Below, piece by piece: positions 8,261 through 16,404 of a DNA stretch of 31,339 bases. How positions within the stretch are numbered: the first letter of the stretch is position 1; every line of letters begins with the position of its first letter. The translations under genes and the position numbers were made by a program. Source of the stretch: a virus. The notes under the pieces are model-generated. The model had not been told where the DNA came from. It saw nothing but the letters and a program-made list of their open reading frames with translations, and did no database searches. The DNA lies in the IMG/VR virus record IMGVR_UViG_3300033182_000245, positions 1 to 31,339 of that record. One strand, written 5' to 3'.

Positions 8261-8668
8261 TTATGCGGTTGCGCGAGTGACGGTGCCAGAGACAGGCCAG
8301 GTCACCGAGAGTGTCGCGAGGTCGCCGACGCTTGATGCGAATGGCTGATACTGATTGACGAGACAGTTCGCCGTGTAGGACGGATTCGTCGATGCAACGC
8401 TGTCACTGGTCGGCAGAATGACGACAGTTGCGATCGTGTTCAACAGCGGGAACAGAGTTGCGTCGACGCTTGATGCGCCGAAGTCTTGATGGAACTCTAG
8501 GGTGAGTGATGCTTGCTTCAAGCCGCCGACGCGAGTACGCCATTCGCCACCGAATGCGGTCGTCTCAACGTCGTCGCTTTCAACGGTCAACTCGACGCTC
8601 GCGAGAGAAGTCGAGAAGTCGGTGCCGTTGATCGACACCGAGTAGTCCGTGGCTACGAACTTTGCCAT
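8261..8668 (-). CDS. Major tail (tube) protein
   Basis: 135 aa with a strong AAGGAG SD. Lies between the head-tail genes and the chaperone. Composition looks beta-rich (VSINGTDFSTSLASVELTVESDDVETTAFGG). Confidence 0.65.
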   Translation of the reverse strand: MAKFVATDYSVSINGTDFSTSLASVELTVESDDVETTAFGGEWRTRVGGLKQASLTLEFHQDFGASSVDATLFPLLNTIATVVILPTSDSVASTNPSYTANCLVNQYQPFASSVGDLATLSVTWPVSGTVTRATA

Positions 8669-8683
8669 GAGTGTTGCTCCTTC

Positions 8684-9091
8684 TTATTGTGCGATGACCT
8701 GAACGACGAACTCCGCCGCCAGATAGGTTACTTCTCCAACTACAAGTGATTGATAGTTTCTCATCTCTTGCACACGCAGGTCGCTTGCTGCACCGCCAAG
8801 CGTCCGGTCGGACTCAATGGCAGTCTTGATACTCGATGCGCCTGTTGGATTGCAGTACGCGTCGAGAGTCGTCTGTGCTGTTCGTTCGCTCACTCGTCCA
8901 ACGATCACGATGATCACGAACTCGTATGTATCGAGTCCGCGTGCGTAGGCTGTGTCGTATGTGATCGTGCGAGGAATGACGACAGCGATTGGTGGATTCG
9001 GTTGATCGGGAACTGTTGATGCTGTGCGCAGTCCTGAGATCGTCGCGAGATTCGTTGCGATACCTGAGCGAAGTGTTGTGAGCGTTGTCAC
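8684..9091 (-). CDS. Head-tail joining / tail-terminator-like protein
   Basis: 135 aa, GTGA overlap with the upstream gene. Called on position and size. The YEFVIIVIVGRVSERTAQTTLD segment resembles DUF3168-type neck proteins. Confidence 0.55.
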   Translation of the reverse strand: MTTLTTLRSGIATNLATISGLRTASTVPDQPNPPIAVVIPRTITYDTAYARGLDTYEFVIIVIVGRVSERTAQTTLDAYCNPTGASSIKTAIESDRTLGGAASDLRVQEMRNYQSLVVGEVTYLAAEFVVQVIAQ

Positions 9092-9681
9092 GCGACGCCT
9101 CGATTGCGAATGTATGGCGTGACAAGTTGTGCAACGTCAGGGTCTAGGCCTTTGCTGACTCTCATTGCGCCCATCTCTCCGAAGCCTGCGATGCCGAGTG
9201 GTGAGTCAAGTCGCTTGAAGATTCTGCTCGCTTGAATGACTGCTGCTTGTGTGATGCTCGCTGGCACGGCAGGGAAGCCGAACGTGCCTGTGATCTTGAC
9301 TGTCTTCTCTCCGTATGCGGTTGGGAAGATGTAGTCGTCAACTGCACGGATGCGAGTGTAAGGCCATGACAGTCCATCTGCGACTGCATTCAAAGGTTCG
9401 AGTTGATAGTCCTTCGCAGCCCAGGTTACGTCATAGACTTGATCTGACAGCGTGCTTGTTTGCAGCGTGATCGCTGTGCCTGCGAGATCGTCGATGTTGA
9501 TGACGTAGGAATCATGCGGCGCGAAGTAGCGAGTCGCTGAGACTGTGCCGAATGTGCGTTGACAGTAACCATCGATCAGTTCGCTTGCTGCGCTTCCAGC
9601 CATCTTGATCAGAGAGTTATCAACATCATCCGTGATGCGCAATGCGGTTTTGATCTGATCGGTGCTTGCGTACAGAGTCAT
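9088..9681 (-). CDS. Head-tail connector protein (gp6-like N-terminal domain)
   Basis: 197 aa. TDQIKTALRITDDVDNSLIKMAGSAASELIDGYCQRTFG matches the Phage_connect_1 pattern. Confidence 0.7.
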   Translation of the reverse strand: MTLYASTDQIKTALRITDDVDNSLIKMAGSAASELIDGYCQRTFGTVSATRYFAPHDSYVINIDDLAGTAITLQTSTLSDQVYDVTWAAKDYQLEPLNAVADGLSWPYTRIRAVDDYIFPTAYGEKTVKITGTFGFPAVPASITQAAVIQASRIFKRLDSPLGIAGFGEMGAMRVSKGLDPDVAQLVTPYIRNRGVA

Positions 9682-10217
9682 CTGTTCTCCTTGACGATGC
9701 CTACGAAGTAGAGATCATGTGATTGATTGTTGATCTCGAACTCGTATGCATCGAACAGTTCATCGAGATCGAATGCTTGTGTGAAGTCATCAACTGTCAG
9801 GTTCTTGTAGTAATCCCAGCCAACAGTATGTGGTGATGCGCCTGGTGTTGATCGTGACGTTCCGTGTTCTGCTCTGCCTGTTGTCGCGCATGTCATGATC
9901 ACGACTGCGTTGCTCATGCGAATCATGTTCGCGAATGTTTCACGCCAGAACGGATTATGTTCGAAGCATTCTGCGCTCAGTACGACATCGAAACTGTTGT
10001 CATCGAGATCCAGTTCTTGCGCTGCACAGACAAGATCAACGCCAGGTCCTTCTCCGACATCGACGCCGACATATTCGCAATCAACGAAGAAATCACGCGC
10101 TGACCCGTTGATATTGAGCGAGCCGATGTCGAGCACACGCTTCGCGTTGAACATGTCAGGCATTCTGTCGCGTACTTGTTCGAAGAACACGCGCTGCTCA
10201 ACGTGCGCCATGATCAT
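9678..10217 (-). CDS. Class I SAM-dependent methyltransferase (glycosylation cassette)
   Basis: Motif I is KRVLDIGSLNINGS, with a later VLSAECFEH. The start is uncertain (ATG at 10217 or 10211; the track start at 10256 is less likely). Overlaps the GT2 stop. Confidence 0.75.
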   Translation of the reverse strand: MIMAHVEQRVFFEQVRDRMPDMFNAKRVLDIGSLNINGSARDFFVDCEYVGVDVGEGPGVDLVCAAQELDLDDNSFDVVLSAECFEHNPFWRETFANMIRMSNAVVIMTCATTGRAEHGTSRSTPGASPHTVGWDYYKNLTVDDFTQAFDLDELFDAYEFEINNQSHDLYFVGIVKENR

Positions 10218-10863
10218 CCCATGACAGATCGCGACGACGACGCAGCATGAACTCACCTGCAGTCAGATCGTTACGAAACACTTTGCGTTCGTAGTAGTCA
10301 CGATTTGCTGAGAACGTGACTTCATTGATCGATCGATAGCCAGCGTCGAGTGTGCTGCTGTTGTCATGATGAACAGCGATGTTACTGTGCAATGTTGTGA
10401 ACTGCATCGCTCGCGTGCGCCGCTCGTAATCGTTGTCCTCAAAGTACGCCGGATGCAATGCTTCATCGAACAGGCCTACTGTTGACACGACTTCATCGCC
10501 GAGCATGAAAGCACACCATGGAGGCGAGCCGCCTGACAGAAGAAGCATGTCGCGTTCTTGCAGACCATCGAACAGCGACAATGACCCTGCTGGCCATGTG
10601 ATGTCGAAGTTGCAGATCAGCCATGATCGAGCGAACGGCGTTACTTTGATGCCAAGATTCCATGAACCTGCGACACCTAGATTCGCTGGCATGGGTAGCA
10701 GCGAGAAACGTTTGATGTGTTTCTTCCAGCGCACTTGCTTCGGATCAACGCATCGTCCGTTGTCGATGACGACAAAGTGTTCGATGTCATGATCGATGCT
10801 GTCGATCATGCGATACAGCAGATCGTCACGCGTCAAGATCGGAACGATCATCGCGTCAATCAT
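10198..10863 (-). CDS. Family 2 (GT-A) glycosyltransferase
   Basis: 221 aa. IVPILTRDDLLYRMIDSI, NLGVAGSWNLGIK and the acidic FEDNDYERR motif. Confidence 0.8.
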   Translation of the reverse strand: MIDAMIVPILTRDDLLYRMIDSIDHDIEHFVVIDNGRCVDPKQVRWKKHIKRFSLLPMPANLGVAGSWNLGIKVTPFARSWLICNFDITWPAGSLSLFDGLQERDMLLLSGGSPPWCAFMLGDEVVSTVGLFDEALHPAYFEDNDYERRTRAMQFTTLHSNIAVHHDNSSTLDAGYRSINEVTFSANRDYYERKVFRNDLTAGEFMLRRRRDLSWDDHGAR

Positions 10864-12101
10864 GACAGCGCCTTGATTGATGGTCGCCAGAAGTGATCGA
10901 AGATGAAGTCTGCGTCGTACTGCGAAGCAAACTCAATCGCTTTGTCGCTGCGTACTCGACCACGCTCATACGCTTGCTGCAATGCGTCAACGATGCTCGC
11001 TACTCGAGGCGTGACAAGCCATGACTTCTGCATCGCATCCCACCATGGCTGTCCATCAACTAGCCAGCCGTCGCCGCACAGTTCTGTTTGCGCTGTCGCA
11101 TCAGTCATGATCACAGGCGTTCCACATGCCTGCGCTTCGATCGCGGGAATGCCGAAGCCTTCTCCCATCGACGGTTGCAAGAACACATCCATCGCTGTGT
11201 AGATCGATGCGAGAACTTCTTGTGTCATGCCTGAGCGATACGCGTACTGATCGACGAATACGATCTGCTCATCTTTGATGCCGCACGCTTGCGCGAGTTC
11301 ACGCAGATTGATTCCACCCATCGCGCCGCGATCTTCTGTGTGCAGATACAGCACAGCGTCATCGTGTTTCTGCGCGAACATCGCGAACGCGAGAAACGCT
11401 TCAGGGAACGCTTTGCGATTAGGCACGACGCCTTTGTTCGCTGAGTTCATTCCGACAACGAACTTGTCATCAGCGATCTCGATGATGTCGCGCCCAGTCA
11501 TCGAGCCGTTCGATGTCTTGATGTTCTCTGTCGGCTTGAAGACTTGCTCGATCGCGTGAGGAATGTAGAAGCATTTGATGTCAGCGTTGTGCAGCATTGA
11601 TTCGCCGAAGCGACTCATCGCGATTGGTGTCACGTTGTCGCGCTTGCACCATGCGAGAACGTCAGGCGGCGCGGGCATGTGATCGATTGGTACCCATGAT
11701 GCGATCTGATCGATCAAGTCCCATTGCTTGCCTTTGTAGACCCATACGTCATAGAGCGTGATTAGCAACGGGTTCTCGCTGTTGTTCTCATGCGCCCATG
11801 CGTACAAGTGCGCAGGAATGACATCGTTGCTGTGAAGATCGTAGCCGCGTGGAAAGACTTTGATGCCTTCCCAGATTGTTGCTGCGCCTTCTAGTCCGTA
11901 GTTCGACGCGATCGCGATCGCGTGCTTGTCTTCTTTGAGGCGTTGCGTGACTTGCGCTGTTTGTTGCCCGTAGCCTGTCGTGGCGTGTGGGGAGTTGCTT
12001 GCCCAGAGTATGGTGCGGCGAAGTTCGCTCGAATCAACAGTTGCCCTATGTGCGGCGGCACGCTTAGCAGGGTTCCCAGAACGTTGATCTGCATTGGACA
12101 T
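10860..12101 (-). CDS. GT-B fold glycosyltransferase (GT4/GT1-like)
   Basis: 413 aa. PSMGEGFGIPAIEAQACGTPVIMTD is the canonical E-x7-E/GT4 C-terminal signature. Confidence 0.8.
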   Translation of the reverse strand: MSNADQRSGNPAKRAAAHRATVDSSELRRTILWASNSPHATTGYGQQTAQVTQRLKEDKHAIAIASNYGLEGAATIWEGIKVFPRGYDLHSNDVIPAHLYAWAHENNSENPLLITLYDVWVYKGKQWDLIDQIASWVPIDHMPAPPDVLAWCKRDNVTPIAMSRFGESMLHNADIKCFYIPHAIEQVFKPTENIKTSNGSMTGRDIIEIADDKFVVGMNSANKGVVPNRKAFPEAFLAFAMFAQKHDDAVLYLHTEDRGAMGGINLRELAQACGIKDEQIVFVDQYAYRSGMTQEVLASIYTAMDVFLQPSMGEGFGIPAIEAQACGTPVIMTDATAQTELCGDGWLVDGQPWWDAMQKSWLVTPRVASIVDALQQAYERGRVRSDKAIEFASQYDADFIFDHFWRPSIKALS

Positions 12102-12129
12102 CGATCTCTCTTTCTGTGCGCAGGTGAGT

Positions 12130-12175
12130 GTCTGTCAGGGAGCCGAGTCCTGCGCGCCCCGACTCCCTGACAGAC
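12130..12175 (-). terminator. Stem-loop immediately 3' of the major capsid gene (13-bp perfect stem), no U-tract
   Basis: gtctgtcagggag (12130..12142) pairs with ctccctgacagac (12163..12175). It lies 19 nt after the capsid stop. Confidence 0.45.
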
Positions 12176-12193
12176 GTTGTGTTTCGTTGACGA

Positions 12194-13393
12194 CTAAGAA
12201 GCGCCGCCAGCGAAATACTTGATGTGCGAGGTCTGCGGCAAGTTGCCGTCCACGCGGAACGTGGCACGGAACGTCACCAGACCATCGGCGAACGCGTAGT
12301 CGTCCGAACGATCGAGACGAATGCCGCCGACCTGGCGAACGATGTACGACGGCATGTGACCTGCGATGACAGACTTCGCAGAAGTCGCAACGCTAGCCAT
12401 CGCCGGGTTCTCGATCAGCGGGAAGCCGAGCACGCGATCCGGGGTGCCGTCTGCGAGCGAGGGCTGGAAGACGTACTGACCGGCGCCGTCTTGCAACTTG
12501 CGCATCTCAGCGATCGCATCGCCGGAAGCCATGACTGCGAAGCCAGGCAACTGACGAGCAGCCGCGTCGGTCGAGTAGATCAGATCCACGAGGTTGTCGT
12601 AAGTGAAGACGCCAGACACACCGGTTCCACCAGTGACGCCAGAGCCTGCAGCAGCGACAACGCCCTTCGGCTGAACAGTTCCCGTACCAGTCGTTAGTGC
12701 GCTGTTCACGGCGTAGCCCAGAGCGTTACCAACGTTGGTGCTGATCAGCGACAGGATGTCAACGCCGCTGTCCTCAATGAGTTCCGTCGAGACCTGAGTC
12801 AGGAAGGAATACTTGAACGCGCCGAGAGTGATGAACGCGTTCATCGTCGGATCAGACTCGCCGATCGTCGAAGCCTCGGACGTAACAGTTCCAGTGCTGT
12901 ATGCGGACAGCGAAGGAATCTGCAGGTTCTCGCCACCAGCGGTGTTGAGAACAGTCGAAACCTCGAGCATCGGTCCTACCGCGCGAGCGAGGTAGAGGAC
13001 CTGATCGTAGAAGGACGTAGGCACAGGTGCGCCAGTGGAACTCTTGGTAACGTCACGCTGCTCGAACGTAGCGGAGCGCATCTCGCCACGAGCGAGAGAG
13101 CGAATGATGTCAACATCGCTGACAGCAGCCTTCTCGTCTTCGTCGTCAGACGGACGAGCGATGTTCTCGAAACCGCGAACTGCTTCGGCGATCTCGGCGT
13201 CACGACGCTCTTGCTCCATCATCTCCTTGATGATGTTTCCGCGTCGATCCATGTCAGCGAATGCAGCCTGTACGGACTGCTCTTCCTCAGCAGAAAGTTC
13301 GCGAGCCTCGCTTGCGGCGCGATCCATGATCTCCTTGGCCGCTTCGTAAGCGCGAGCACGCTCTTCGTTCTGCCGCTTGATGTAATCCGACAT
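12194..13393 (-). CDS. Major capsid protein, HK97 fold, with N-terminal coiled-coil delta-like domain
   Basis: I place the start at ATG 13393 (MSDYIKRQNEE), which is preceded by AAAGGAG. The track start at 13462 has no SD. Called on position after the protease, size (399 aa) and a charged helical N-terminus of about 100 aa. Confidence 0.85.
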   Translation of the reverse strand: MSDYIKRQNEERARAYEAAKEIMDRAASEARELSAEEEQSVQAAFADMDRRGNIIKEMMEQERRDAEIAEAVRGFENIARPSDDEDEKAAVSDVDIIRSLARGEMRSATFEQRDVTKSSTGAPVPTSFYDQVLYLARAVGPMLEVSTVLNTAGGENLQIPSLSAYSTGTVTSEASTIGESDPTMNAFITLGAFKYSFLTQVSTELIEDSGVDILSLISTNVGNALGYAVNSALTTGTGTVQPKGVVAAAGSGVTGGTGVSGVFTYDNLVDLIYSTDAAARQLPGFAVMASGDAIAEMRKLQDGAGQYVFQPSLADGTPDRVLGFPLIENPAMASVATSAKSVIAGHMPSYIVRQVGGIRLDRSDDYAFADGLVTFRATFRVDGNLPQTSHIKYFAGGAS

Positions 13394-13505
13394 TCGGACT
13401 ACTCCTTTCGGCTTGTTGTGTGTGTGTTTGTCGCGCAGGTGCTTCCCGATGCGGCTCCGCAATCGAGATCGACGCGCGGCTCCGCAGCGTCGAAGTTTGT
13501 GTGTG

Positions 13506-14897
13506 TCAGATCGTCTTGTAGATCAGATCGAGTTGCTGGCGTAGAACTGACAGCGGGACTGTCGGTTCTTTCTCAACTTGTTCAGGCTCTGGAGCGAGCG
13601 TATCGACGACGTTTCGCAGAAGTGACGCTTGACTATCGTCGAGCGTTTCTCCCGCTTCTAACGCGATCAGAGCGTCTGCAAGAGCGTCTGCGTCTTGCTG
13701 CGTGCGCTGCGCGAGCGCATCGAGTTTGCGAATCGTCGCTGTCGTCGCAGGATACGCTGGCCAGCCAGTCACCACAGACACCTCATGAAGACGGACTTCG
13801 TTGAGTGTGCGAGTCGCGCCGTCGTCTGACCATTCGTCGCCGCCGTTGGGAACTGAGAAGCCGAAGGACATTGAATCGACTACGCGTGTGCGCAGCAGTT
13901 CAGCGAGATCGTTCCCGTAGGTAGTGTTGGGTAGGTCTGCTTCTGCGAACAAGCCTCGAGAGTCTTCACTCAAACGCAGCGTGCCTGATCGTGTCGTGGC
14001 GAGCACTTGATCATCGTTGTGATTGACGAACATCTTGATGTTGTTACGCGATGACAGCGTGCGCTTGAATGCGCCTGGGTTGATGCGCTCCGTGAACGGT
14101 AGGGGTTCGCTGTCGCTGTTGAAGACTGCTGCGTATCCCATGAATGTGCGGCCTTCGCTGCTTTCGCGCAGTTCGAGATCGTCAACGTGAATCTCACGCG
14201 TTTCGATGTTGCTCATCTGATTCCTATCTGCCTTGATGCGATCCGCTTGACGTTCGAGCCAACGGCGCGCAGGTCCTGGATTCAATGGATTGATTCCCCA
14301 GAGGTAGTGAGCGACTGCTCCAGGACCTGGCCATTCAGGATCGTCGCTGTTGCTGTTCTTTGCTGCTTGTAGATCAACTTGATGACGCGCAGCCCACGCG
14401 TTCGCTCGAATCACTTTGTCATCACTCATGCGACCTGCTGCCATCTCGCGTGCTTCGCGAATCGTGCCTTGAGTTAGACCGTCGCCTCCGTAACCTTCGC
14501 GACGTAGTTCTAGACCTCGACGCGCTGCGCTGCGCACATAGGCTGGAACTTCAACAGCACGATTCTCGTTTGCTTGCCAAGCGTTGCAGTAGTAGTCACC
14601 GCGAACATAATCATTCCATCGAGTGCAGAACGCCATGTCATCTTGCGTGTTGCTTTCGTCGTAGAAGAAACAGTTTCCACACGCTCGACCTGCTGGAACG
14701 TTATCTTCCAACGCTGGCCGATAGTTCGCTGGCAATGCTCGCTCTCCGCCTGGCTCCATGTCTTCTGCGATCGACACAGCAACCATCTGATCGATTGCTG
14801 CTTGCTTCGTCGAGTGACAGCCAATGACTTCGCCGTCTTCTTTCTCAACAGCCCAACCTGAACAGTCAGGATTGCTGTCGCTGATGAAGTAAGGCAT
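13506..14897 (-). CDS. Prohead protease (HK97/S78 family) fused to an N-terminal region of about 250 aa
   Basis: Start ATG 14897 (MPYFISD), 1 nt after the portal TGA. The C-terminal half (FMGYAAVFNSDSEPL...INPGAFKRTL...VNHNDDQVLATT...DSMSFGF) matches the S78 protease. The N-terminal half contains a Cys-rich segment (CGNCFFYDES...FCTRWNDYVRGDYYCNAW) and an ARRGLELRREGYGG module. Confidence 0.85.
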   Translation of the reverse strand: MPYFISDSNPDCSGWAVEKEDGEVIGCHSTKQAAIDQMVAVSIAEDMEPGGERALPANYRPALEDNVPAGRACGNCFFYDESNTQDDMAFCTRWNDYVRGDYYCNAWQANENRAVEVPAYVRSAARRGLELRREGYGGDGLTQGTIREAREMAAGRMSDDKVIRANAWAARHQVDLQAAKNSNSDDPEWPGPGAVAHYLWGINPLNPGPARRWLERQADRIKADRNQMSNIETREIHVDDLELRESSEGRTFMGYAAVFNSDSEPLPFTERINPGAFKRTLSSRNNIKMFVNHNDDQVLATTRSGTLRLSEDSRGLFAEADLPNTTYGNDLAELLRTRVVDSMSFGFSVPNGGDEWSDDGATRTLNEVRLHEVSVVTGWPAYPATTATIRKLDALAQRTQQDADALADALIALEAGETLDDSQASLLRNVVDTLAPEPEQVEKEPTVPLSVLRQQLDLIYKTI

Positions 14898-14898
14898 G

Positions 14899-16251
14899 TC
14901 ATACCTCGTATGCAGACTGCGGATCTTCAGGATCGATCTGTGCGATATTCTGCAACTGCACAGAAGGCAAGCCAGTGTGATCCATGTTCGGTAGATCAAC
15001 TGCTTGCAGAACCTCAGATGGGTCGAAGCCAGCGAGAATCAAACGCTGCGCCATGAGCACGCGCTTCTCAGTTTCGATGATGTTCGCTGCACCAAGATTC
15101 ACATTCGCGAGTGGCACGCGATACTCGTCACCACCATCGACTGGTCGCATGTCTTCGAGTCGATGAATGTCATTGATCGACAAGAAGCCTGATTGCATTC
15201 CTGTTGAGTATGCGCTGAATCGTGTCTGTAAGTCGCCGCGCAAGATCGCGTCGAGATTGAAACGCAAGAATCCTTCGTTCGAGATGAGCGTCGAGTACGC
15301 TGTTTCGAGTTTCGAGACGTAAGGCCTGAGGGTGTATTGGGCGAACTGGATCGCGTTCTGTTCCACACTCGCATACGACATCGCGCCTGGAGTTGCGACT
15401 TGTAGCAGATGCAAAGGCACACGAAAGATGCGAGCGATCTCTTCGACTGCGAACTGTCGTGATTCGAGCATCTGTGCTTGCTCAGGATCGACAGTTGTCT
15501 TGACGTACTTCGCACCACCGCCGAGCACACCGACGCGATGTGAACGCTGCAGGCCCTTGTGTGTCGCTTCGAATGCTGTCTTCAACTCCAACGCTTGTTC
15601 GCTGTTCATCATCGCTGGTGTCTCGATGATGCCGCTTGTTGTCGAGCCTTGACCGAAGAAGCGTGCGCTGAACTCTTCAAGTGCTGACGCAAGGCCTAGA
15701 GTTTGTTTGACTTCTTCGATTCGTGACACGCCACGCATCGAGCCTGGGCGTCGAAGTTCTGTGATGTGCAGCATGTCGCGTCGAGAGATGATCGTCTTGT
15801 CCTCGTACAGGAACTCGATCTCGTTCGATGTGCGATTGCGTTGCACTTTGACTTTGTGAGGGTCGAGCACAACGAGAGCGACAACTTCACCGCGCGGGTT
15901 ACGAAACACGCGAATGAATGCGTTGCCGTCGAGCAGCAGAGACACCATGACTTGCTGCAGGTGATCTTCACGCGTCACGCCAGCGTCAGGCGTCAGTACC
16001 CATTCAGGTCGAGGCCTGTACGGTACGCGATCGCCGTCGCGGCGGATGAACGTGTCAGCAGGAAGAGTCGAGATCGTGTCTGATAGCAGACGAACGCACG
16101 CATAGACAGCGCCGAGTTTCAGCGAAGTGTCTTGCGTGATGACTGTGCCTGCGTATGTGCGAGGAGCGATGTCAGCACCAGAAGCGAACAGCGATTGAAA
16201 CGAGATCGCACGCTGTTCATCGTCGCCTCGAGAGAACAAGTTGCGCAGCAT
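14899..16251 (-). CDS. Portal protein (HK97 family)
   Basis: 450 aa. LKLGAVYACVRLLSDTISTLP and overall similarity to the HK97-type portal pattern. Position is between TerL and the protease. Confidence 0.88.
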   Translation of the reverse strand: MLRNLFSRGDDEQRAISFQSLFASGADIAPRTYAGTVITQDTSLKLGAVYACVRLLSDTISTLPADTFIRRDGDRVPYRPRPEWVLTPDAGVTREDHLQQVMVSLLLDGNAFIRVFRNPRGEVVALVVLDPHKVKVQRNRTSNEIEFLYEDKTIISRRDMLHITELRRPGSMRGVSRIEEVKQTLGLASALEEFSARFFGQGSTTSGIIETPAMMNSEQALELKTAFEATHKGLQRSHRVGVLGGGAKYVKTTVDPEQAQMLESRQFAVEEIARIFRVPLHLLQVATPGAMSYASVEQNAIQFAQYTLRPYVSKLETAYSTLISNEGFLRFNLDAILRGDLQTRFSAYSTGMQSGFLSINDIHRLEDMRPVDGGDEYRVPLANVNLGAANIIETEKRVLMAQRLILAGFDPSEVLQAVDLPNMDHTGLPSVQLQNIAQIDPEDPQSAYEV

Positions 16252-16397
16252 TACTTACCACCGCGTTTCAACGGCTCCATCGATATGCCGACGACAGTCA
16301 CTAGCACTCCTCCGACGATCAAACCTACTGCTGGCGAGATCAAAGCAGCACCAGCGATGATGGCCGCTACGCCTAGCAGTTGAATCAAGGCAGCCAT
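16251..16397 (-). CDS. 48-aa hydrophobic protein between TerL and portal (not in the ORF track)
   Basis: MAALIQLLGVAAIIAGAALISPAVGLIVGGVLVTVVGISMEPLKRGGK. AGGAG lies 5 nt upstream of the ATG at 16397. The stop overlaps the portal ATG (TAATG). Confidence 0.6.
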   Translation of the reverse strand: MAALIQLLGVAAIIAGAALISPAVGLIVGGVLVTVVGISMEPLKRGGK

Positions 16398-16404
16398 GTG
16401 ACTC

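Noticed and set aside
12194-13462. Track N-terminal extensions of several genes (capsid to 13462, protease to 14999, SSB to 22848, 27923 gene to 28378, 19866 gene to 20396, 26070 gene to 26534, fibre to 2952)
   Set aside because: In each case an internal ATG has a proper SD or a stop-start overlap with the upstream gene. The extra N-terminal residues are Cys/Arg/Ser-rich and overlap upstream genes or intergenic hairpins.
16132-16383. 83-aa plus-strand ORF in the TerL-portal gap
   Set aside because: The minus-strand 48-aa ORF in the same interval has an AGGAG SD and a TAATG overlap with the portal gene. The plus-strand ORF has neither.
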